Below are positions 55,920 through 64,000 of a stretch of 64,000 nt of DNA, piece after piece. How positions within the stretch are numbered: the first letter of the stretch is position 1; the number at the start of each line of letters is the position of its first letter. Location: positions 124,001 through 188,000 of the forward strand of contig NC_090600.1 in the NCBI RefSeq assembly GCF_000497125.1, given 5' to 3'. Source of the DNA: Spironucleus salmonicida. Lineage: Eukaryota. A program made the position numbers and the translations under genes. The notes under the pieces were generated by a model. It was not told the DNA's origin. It searched no databases and was given only the letters and a program-made list of their open reading frames with translations.

Positions 55920-56288
55920 ATGGGATGCGCATCAAATTAATCTTAACCTATTAAATCTGATACAGAGCTAAATTATGAATAAGGCAAATCAGATATAAAC
56001 TTCGAGAAATTTATTGAAACTAAATAATAACCTTAATTTTCAACTGATATGCCTAAATTAGACAACATAGGAAATAATTTAGATCTTGCCCTTGAGAAAT
56101 ATAAAGTTTTAAACTCAGAACAAGAAAGAAAGGTTACATCTATACTGAAAATGGGTTTACCATCAACTTCATTTGATTATTATACTCCAGACTAAGGTGA
56201 GGCGTAAGGTAAACATGTTTAATTGGAAACGAAATTAGATTGTGACGTAGATAGCATTTAAGAAGAGGAAGATTACAAATAATAGTGA
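55920..56288 (+). CDS. small hypothetical protein with N-terminal MGC acylation motif, 122 aa
   Basis: MGCASNQS...; ends TAG TGA. Confidence 0.75.
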
Positions 56289-56589
56289 TTTTAATAATTT
56301 ATTAGTGATACAATCTGGAATGTATCAATTTTAACAATAAATTGATATTTGTGAGTCTTTTATAAAAATATTATAGAGAAGATCGCATAATTATTTTTAA
56401 TCCTTAACAATAAACTATACATGAAATATATTGATAATTAAACCATATATGTGTTCATTTGCTATATTTATGCTTTTATTTATACAAATAAAACTAGTCA
56501 TGAGAATTAGCTTGAAATGTTTTAACCAGTAATATTTATTTATTATATATATATTGAATCATTTATTTTCAATTCCACTCCAGAATCAT

Positions 56590-59500
56590 ATGGAATTAAC
56601 ACAAAGAGATACTCGTCAATTAAATTCTTAAAATTCTTACTTTCTAGTCTCTTAAAATTCTTTATACAATAACTTTATCAGTTTATAGCGAAGAATTTCA
56701 AAAGGTATTCAATAAGGTCAAGTTATTGATAGTAAGAATTAATTTTAGCTACAGCAAAAAACAATTGAATATCCACGATTTATAAACAATAGAAACACGT
56801 CAGTTTAATTATCTATAGTCCCATAATCACCATTCGTATAATCCTAAGGTATGCCATCTTTATTTATTTTACCTTATGAGGATTCAAAATGGTTCTAACC
56901 ATTAGCATCAATGGCATCTTATACATAAATATCTGTTACTAACAAGCAATAGTAATTGATATGGTCATTGGAGAGAAAAAAGAAGATCTTACACGAACTT
57001 GCAATTGCATGTAAAGATTCTTTATTTATGAAAAAGTCTAAAAAATAGGAAGCACACATAATAAAATATGCTATTAGTTAAAGCTAGCAGGTGTATAGTT
57101 AAATTTTAAAATCATAGACTTAACGAAATGTGTCAGAGGCCTTTATAAATTAAATAATGTAGGAACGAGGATCTATTGGCGTATAGGGCAATATATCACA
57201 TCTTATATATAAAAAGTCAACTATCTCATCTATTTTAGAATTAATTCCATTAAATATGTAAGCTGAAAGATTAGGGGAAGTATTTCCCGGTGATTCTCAT
57301 CTTCAGCGATTTACAGCATTATATTTGCTTAAAGCCTTTTAATGCGGATAAAAATATGCAGTTATATCTTTACCAGATGGTAATTAAAAAGTTTTACTAA
57401 GATATTTATCTACATTTTATAAAATTAATAAGTCCCCTTAGCTTTAACATAGTAACCGAAGTTTAATCATATTTACTTAAAATGGACTATCTTTTATTTA
57501 AAATGAAGATTTTAGATCATTTTATAATTCAGTGACAGTAAAAATTGTATTAATTGATCAAGATTGTAGAATATAAAGAAATCCAGGTAGAGAGCGATCA
57601 AGAAAACATGAAATGTATAATTTTTCATCAGATAAAATGGAATTTTTTAAGATACAAGAGAAAACTCACTAAAATGATGTATTTGTTTTTGAATCTGGAT
57701 ATACAGTAAATATTGTAATTGTAGAAATGGCAGCCCTCGATAAAGAAGAGGATTTGCAAAAAGCGATTAGATAAGTTTAAGAAGCCACAAAAATTTATGA
57801 GTATGACTCATAAGTCGTTTATCATCTGGATTCTTATATGAGAAAAAAAGGCCTTAAAAAGTTGCCATTTATCTAAACTAAGTTTAAAATTGTTATTTTA
57901 TCTGAGATGAATCCTAGATCATGGGTCGATATTATCCAGATCCTGCTATGTGATTAGGTTAGAGAAGCAGATGTAAAAATACACCTTTAAGATAAATGTA
58001 GAAATTATCTTAAAAATGTTTATTATAAACCAACATAAGCTATTATAGAAAAATCGGTCTGCACAATAGAATATTAAGAAAAAAAGATATACCTTTCCGG
58101 AAAATCAGCCGAACTAGCAAATGAATATTCTGAAACATAACTTTTAGGATAAGTAGCCTCTATTATTCTAGATGAATAACTTTAGCCACATCTGTCTATT
58201 TTATAGGATTCTCCTTCTATTAAAGAAGGTTTACAAAACTAAATTTATGAATCATTGTCAAATATGAAGTTTCAAAATTAGTTTTAAGACAGTAAGGTAG
58301 CATCATGTTTATAAGAGGATCTACCTGTTTTGTGTGCAAAAACTATGATGAAATTTGTTTAACATAGAAGCGTTTAATTATCAAAACCTGTTATTTAATA
58401 GGATTAAACTATTTGTCAAGCAATGTACTAAATGGAAAGACTATAACAATGTTTAAGTACAAATAAAGATTCATTATCAATTAATTTAGATTTACCAATA
58501 AAATTGAATAGAGTTTCAGCATATAATAAAAGCAAAAGATTAGACATTGATATTTTTTCACGAAATTAGCTTAAAAAGTAATTGAAAATTGTATCTAGAG
58601 ATGTCATTAGACGGCTTCCTGTATAATTATAGTTTAGATTTACATAAGCAGCTCTACAAGAAAAAGTTGGTAGGGATGATTGGCGGCGAAGAGCAGTCAA
58701 ATATTCATAGTCTAGAAATATTAAAGTAGAGTACAATCAATTTTTATTTCCTGATCTGGACATTTTAAATATAAGTTTGAGTCCATTTGAATTTGTTACT
58801 GAAGTATATAACAAAGTGTAATAGAATTTATAATTTATACAAAATTTACCACAAAAGCAGTTTTAAATGAGATTACCTTATGATATTGTTTGTATTAATC
58901 CTACTAGCGAAAATAAAATAGAATTTGTAACTAAGTAATAGGCATCCCATACATTTTTCTTTTAGTCATTTGATATAAATAGTCATATTGACAATGTTTT
59001 TATTACAATTTAAGATTCTGATTTCCCTTAAAATAAATTATGCTGTCTACCTAGATAATAAAAACATCCTATATTTGTAATGTTAGACAACATATTAAAT
59101 ATATAAGTCCAGAAATATTTTGAGACAGAAACTATTATATAAAAAGCTAACAAGATTAAAATAAATTTGATTCCACTACGAGTAATTACAAAAATAATCA
59201 TTTTTTGTGACATAAATGATGTAAGTATATATAGATCTTATCTTTCTAAATAGTACGCTTTTATTTATAAGTAATGCAGGTTTTTAGTTACTGCTGATCT
59301 GCTAGAAATAATAAGTTATAATCCATCAGTTTTGATAATAACTCCAGGGCCAAGTTAAAAGAAAGTAGAATATGCAATTAAAGAAATGGTTTTTAAGGCA
59401 AATGTTTAAGTTCATAACATTTAAATTGATCAGTTTTAATTTAACTAAACTTATAAAAAAGTTACAGAAGACCGTGTTATAAATGCATGCAACTTAATTC

Positions 59501-60870
59501 CAAAAACCCATTATTTAAAGAATAGAATTGATCCATATCTTCAAGGATCAAAAACATTTGAGAAATAAATAGAATAATAGGTCGTTGAACTCCAAAAATG
59601 TTTAAAATACAATACTGGTATTTATAATCTACTACGTGCAAGTATGTATGCGCCATAAAAAATAGAGACCAATATTAACACTTAAGAGCAAATAAATTAT
59701 AAAATATACACAAACACTTTCAGTAAGCATTTATAAATGGGAAATGGTGCATATTTATGCATAAATGATAAGCAACTTAACGAATAAAAATATTTCATTA
59801 AACTTTTTATTAAAAATTCAATAAAGCTAGATAAGATTTTATATTATAACCACTGCTTAAGATTAAGCAAATAAACAATAACACCTATTTCAACTTAATA
59901 GAAATAAACTAGATAAAATCATTATAAACCATTCAACTATTACAAATTTATTGGATAACTAGATACATTTATGAACTTTAAAGGTTAAATTACTTAGCTG
60001 GATGGAATCAATATACTGTAAAAAGCAAGTATTTTTATAAAGTAAAATCCATTTGAACGATGTTATTTGCCTAGATGTTGTATGATGTAAGATATTTCAT
60101 AATATTTATTCTAAGTAATTTAGATAATTTAAAAACATTCAACACCAGTCTCATAAGTTAAGCTGTTTACTATAAAGGAATCATTTTATGATTAAATGTT
60201 GCATTATATGGATTCATTGCATCTCTATGCTTATTAAACTTAGTCAGTACCTCATGTTGATCTTAAATCTATTTCTTTAGCAATATAATATTAGCGGATT
60301 CAGTATTCATAGCAGCAATAGTAAATGCCATAATAGTAATTACAATATCTACATAAAGTATTTTAACATATTCATTAATAATTCGTTGAATAACCAAAAT
60401 ATTTCTCTTTATAATCTTAATTAAATGTTTTTGCTACTTTATCTAAGAGAATTCACTCAAATTATAATTCTATATTCGTTTAATCAAATTAAAATACATC
60501 TCAGAATATTAAGCATTAAATAAAACCACCTCTATATTTATAACTTGAATAAAAGCTTAAGTAAGATTTAACTTATTAAAATTTACTGTAGATAAGTTCA
60601 TAGATTTATACTTAAGATAAAAATTGCTAAGATGGACTAAAGTTTTAGTCTATTTCTGGTTTTTGTTTGAATGTAAATAGATCTATTTTTATTACAGAAA
60701 GTAAAGGCAACTTAAAATTTAGACATAATAATGAGTTGTTTGTCCATAGGCATGAGTTTGAGCGAAAAAATATTATTATAGGCTTCCAAGGAACTGAAGC
60801 AACATAACCTTTATAAATTGACTGTACAGATGTTATTGAAGGTATTAGTTTAGTTTTTGATTTACTTTGA
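56590..60870 (+). CDS. large hypothetical protein, ~1426 aa (possibly a degenerate SWR1/p400-like scaffold)
   Basis: Frame +1 from ATG 56590 to TGA 60868 had no TGA in the lines I translated (most, not all). No intact catalytic motifs recognised. Confidence 0.75.
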
Positions 60871-61011
60871 TATGATTTTTTTCGATTTCTTTAATATTGT
60901 AGCTAATTGTTTGAATGATTATTAGATTCTTAGATTTTAAAAAAAAGTAACGTGATTGTCTAAATTTAGAATATTTATACTAATTATACATAAATATTGG
61001 TATATGCAAAA

Positions 61012-61434
61012 ATGGGTAATTGTGTTAGTAACAACACAATTATTTCTAGTTTATCTACCGATAAACCTATATCCCAACCATCATCTAGAGTACCATCATT
61101 ACATTTTGTTCATGTTTAGCCATAATAAATAATACCATCAAATATACCAATTTTAGAAATTGATTTTGATCAGTCAGAAATGCCATCAACATAAGCAGAT
61201 AACGACATAAAACTCAATAAATTTGATAATTCTTCACTAAACTGTTAATTATCTCCAATTTCCTAAAGGATACCATCCGTTTCTTCACATGTTTACTCTA
61301 CGTTAGCATAAAAAATAGAAGAAAACGACGTTTTCTCAGACAGTGACATATCATCAGATTTAGAAGAGGAAGGATACACAGAGAATAAGTTATAGGATTT
61401 CCAATCTATAGATTGGAAGAATCTCAAAATGTGA
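61012..61434 (+). CDS. small Ser/Asp-rich hypothetical protein with MGNC acylation motif, 140 aa
   Basis: MGNCVSNN...; open to TGA at 61432. Confidence 0.75.
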
Positions 61435-61496
61435 CTTACAAGGAATATCTATAATAATTTATATATTATTTCTTACATATTTTTCATTTCTATTGC

Positions 61497-62579
61497 ATGT
61501 AAGATATTTATTAGTAAGCTGGATAGTGCCTCATTGATTTTTATAATTAAAAATCTGGATTAAAGACATTATGTCTTGCTTAAAAAACTTCCCCTGGAAA
61601 GACTTACTTACTGGCATTAAAAGTAGGTTATAATTATAAAATATTTTAGTAAGCCCTAAAATTTACAGTACCAACATAAGACCTATTCACACAGGCATCT
61701 ATTATTGTATAATCATTAGAAGCTAAGATTTTACCTAATAAAAGGCTCAGACTATCAAAGCAAACTAGAGACTCATTAAAATAAGTTAGACCTCTCTGGC
61801 CGGAACTTTAGAATACAATATTATTACATTCACCACCATAAAAGCATCATTGGATTCGCTCTATCACATAGCCAGAAAGTTCAACTCCATCTTAGTTTAT
61901 TCCAAATTTTTATCTTCTTAACGAAGCCCCTAAATGCGAAAATATGATATAAGGGGAGCTACAAACTCTAGCGTCAGGACTTCCAGCAGAAGCCCTGTAT
62001 TAATATTTTAAATCAGAAGCTTCATAATTAACTGTTTTAGATGCATGCGCAGCTCCTGGTTCTAAATCCCTTCAACTTGCCACTCACTTTAAACATGTTA
62101 CAGCAAATGAAAGAGACTAGAAGCGATCGAAAATTCTACAAAAACGTGCTTAGAACGTTAAAAATTTGACAGTAAGAACCAGCGATGCATTCTAAGCATT
62201 TTAAGACCCATATGATCTTATTTTATTAGATCCAACCTGTTCTGGGTCAGGTACACTTAATCTAGACTTTTAGATAGCTCAATAAATGGGTGCAGAGCGG
62301 GATAGAGCAGATACAAGTTAACTCCATAAGTTTTAGGTCAAAATTTTGACTGCCGCATTAGAAAGTAATGCATATGGTGTCGTTTATTCAACTTGTAGCG
62401 TGAATAAAGAGGAGAATGAAGACGTTGTTTAGGAAGTATTAGCTGAAAATAGAAAATGGAAGTTAGTCGATGCACTTCCTTAATGGCCACTGAGGAGTAA
62501 AAGTATAACAGAATGTGCAATTTGTAATGAGGAAATGCAGTCTGAGGGCTTCTTTGTAGCGCTATTTGTAAGAAAGTGA
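61497..62579 (+). CDS. NSUN5: NOL1/NOP2/Sun RNA m5C methyltransferase, NSUN5/Rcm1-like, 360 aa
   Basis: VLDACAAPGSKS, ILLDPTCSGSG, VVYSTCSVNKEENEDVV, GFFVALF; N-terminal IYQQA....SGLKTL resembles NSUN5. Confidence 0.85.
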
Positions 62580-62590
62580 GAGAAATAAGT

Positions 62591-63790
62591 TCAGTGTGAG
62601 CCAAATGCACCAACGTCGTTCAGATTCTTACCTTGTTTCATGAGGTCCCAAACAATTGAAATATCCCGGAGGCGATTAACTTCGCTGATTATTTTATCAA
62701 GGCCTTCGTCAACATCTTTTTTGGTTGTCCAGCGGCTGAAACCCATTCTAACTGATGTATGTGCAGCTTCTGCAGGAATATCCATTGCATGAAGCACATG
62801 GGACGGTTCCAGTGACTATGAGGTACATGCAGACCCTGTGGAGACACATACATCATCGTCGATTGCCATCATTAATGATTCACCCTCAACTCCCAAGAAT
62901 GAGACGTTCATACAGTTAAGAAGTCTTTTAGTTTTATCATCTGGACCGTTGAACTTTACATGCTCTAGTTTATTGATTTTATCAGAAGCATAATTGTAAA
63001 GGCTTTCATAATGCTTATGATCTGACACTAGTTATTTTTGTGAAATCTCAGCTGCTTCTCCCAGTCCTACTACTAAAAATACCGGTAAAGTTCCAGGTCT
63101 TATATTTTGTTCTTAACCACCACCAGAAAATAGTGGGTTCAATCTAGTTCTTCTTTTCACATAAAGAGCACCCACGCCCTTTGGACCATAAATTTTGTGG
63201 CCACTAATCGACATTAAATCTATATTTTCAGTGTTTAAAGCAATTTTTCCTGCCGCTTAAGCACAATCTGTGTGGAAAACAGCACCTGCCCGCTTAGAAA
63301 TTTTTCCTAGTTCCTAAATGTCTTGAATTGAGCCCATTTCATTATTTGCAGCCATGATAGAAACCACGCCTATATCGTTTTTAAACCTATCACAGGCTTC
63401 TTTAAATTCATCCATTTTTATAAGACCTTTATCATCAACATTGATAAAATGAGTTTAATAGCCTTCCGCCTCTAATGCCCTAACTGACTCTAGAACACAT
63501 TTGTGCTCAATTGTTGATGTGATAACATGCTTTTTCTATGCATATCTTGCGGCACCTTTGACTGCAATATTATTTGATTCTGTTGCACCTGATGTAAATA
63601 TAATTTCGCTAGGTTTTGCTCCTATTAGAGATGCGACTTATTATCTTGCTACATCAACCGCTGAGTTCATTTATCTCCCTAGTTAATGTTATGAATGACA
63701 GTTTGCAAAGTTTTCAGTTAAATATGGTACTATTTTTTCTAGAACCCTAGGGTCAATCGGTGTTGTAGCTTAGTTATCAAGATAGATCAT
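62591..63790 (-). CDS. NFS1: cysteine desulfurase IscS/NFS1, 399 aa
   Basis: [73 protein letters not shown]. Confidence 0.97.
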
Positions 63791-63799
63791 TGTGAAGCG
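63791..63799 (-). promoter_or_regulatory. CGCTTCACA element directly upstream of the IscS ATG
   Basis: Same 9-mer and position as at 10952-10960. Confidence 0.5.
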
Positions 63800-64000
63800 G
63801 GCAACTGTATTAGTTTGATTAAATTATATAATAATGATATATAGAGAGTAATTTTAAAATATACAATTTGTATAGTTTGATTATTATTTAACATATAATC
63901 AGGATATTGTGAGTCTTAAATATTTTGTAGTTTAGAAGAGGAAGAGTTTCGTGTGAATAAACATCACTGTGGTCACAAGAAATAGTCAGGAATAACCCTT

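Overview
This is eukaryotic, AT-rich, gene-dense DNA from a hexamitid diplomonad (Spironucleus-like). It uses the alternative code in which TAA/TAG encode Gln and TGA is the only stop, so the supplied standard-code ORF track fragments the genes. Re-read in that code, the window holds about 33 complete intronless genes. Recognisable ones are a TTL-family ligase, a methyltransferase, RPL14, a TTC29-like protein, a DEAH helicase, an LRR protein, SEY1/RHD3, PepD, PCH2/TRIP13, IleRS, a Myb protein, an ABCA transporter, EF2, an NSUN5-like methyltransferase and IscS/NFS1; the rest are hypotheticals. The dominant structure is a near-identical inverted duplication (12102-23075 vs 42336-52291, about 10-11 kb per arm). 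It carries a cluster of cysteine-rich membrane protein (CRMP, VSP-like) genes and brackets a 19.3-kb single-copy block of housekeeping genes. The arms differ by a roughly 129-unit AAT expansion, a precise in-frame 657-bp repeat-unit deletion and clustered amino-acid changes in CRMP ectodomains. The inner junction lies inside a CRMP paralogue and the outer junction truncates an annexin gene. Together this resembles a snapshot of recombination-driven surface-antigen diversification. All calls are by eye from motifs; no database searches or alignments were run.
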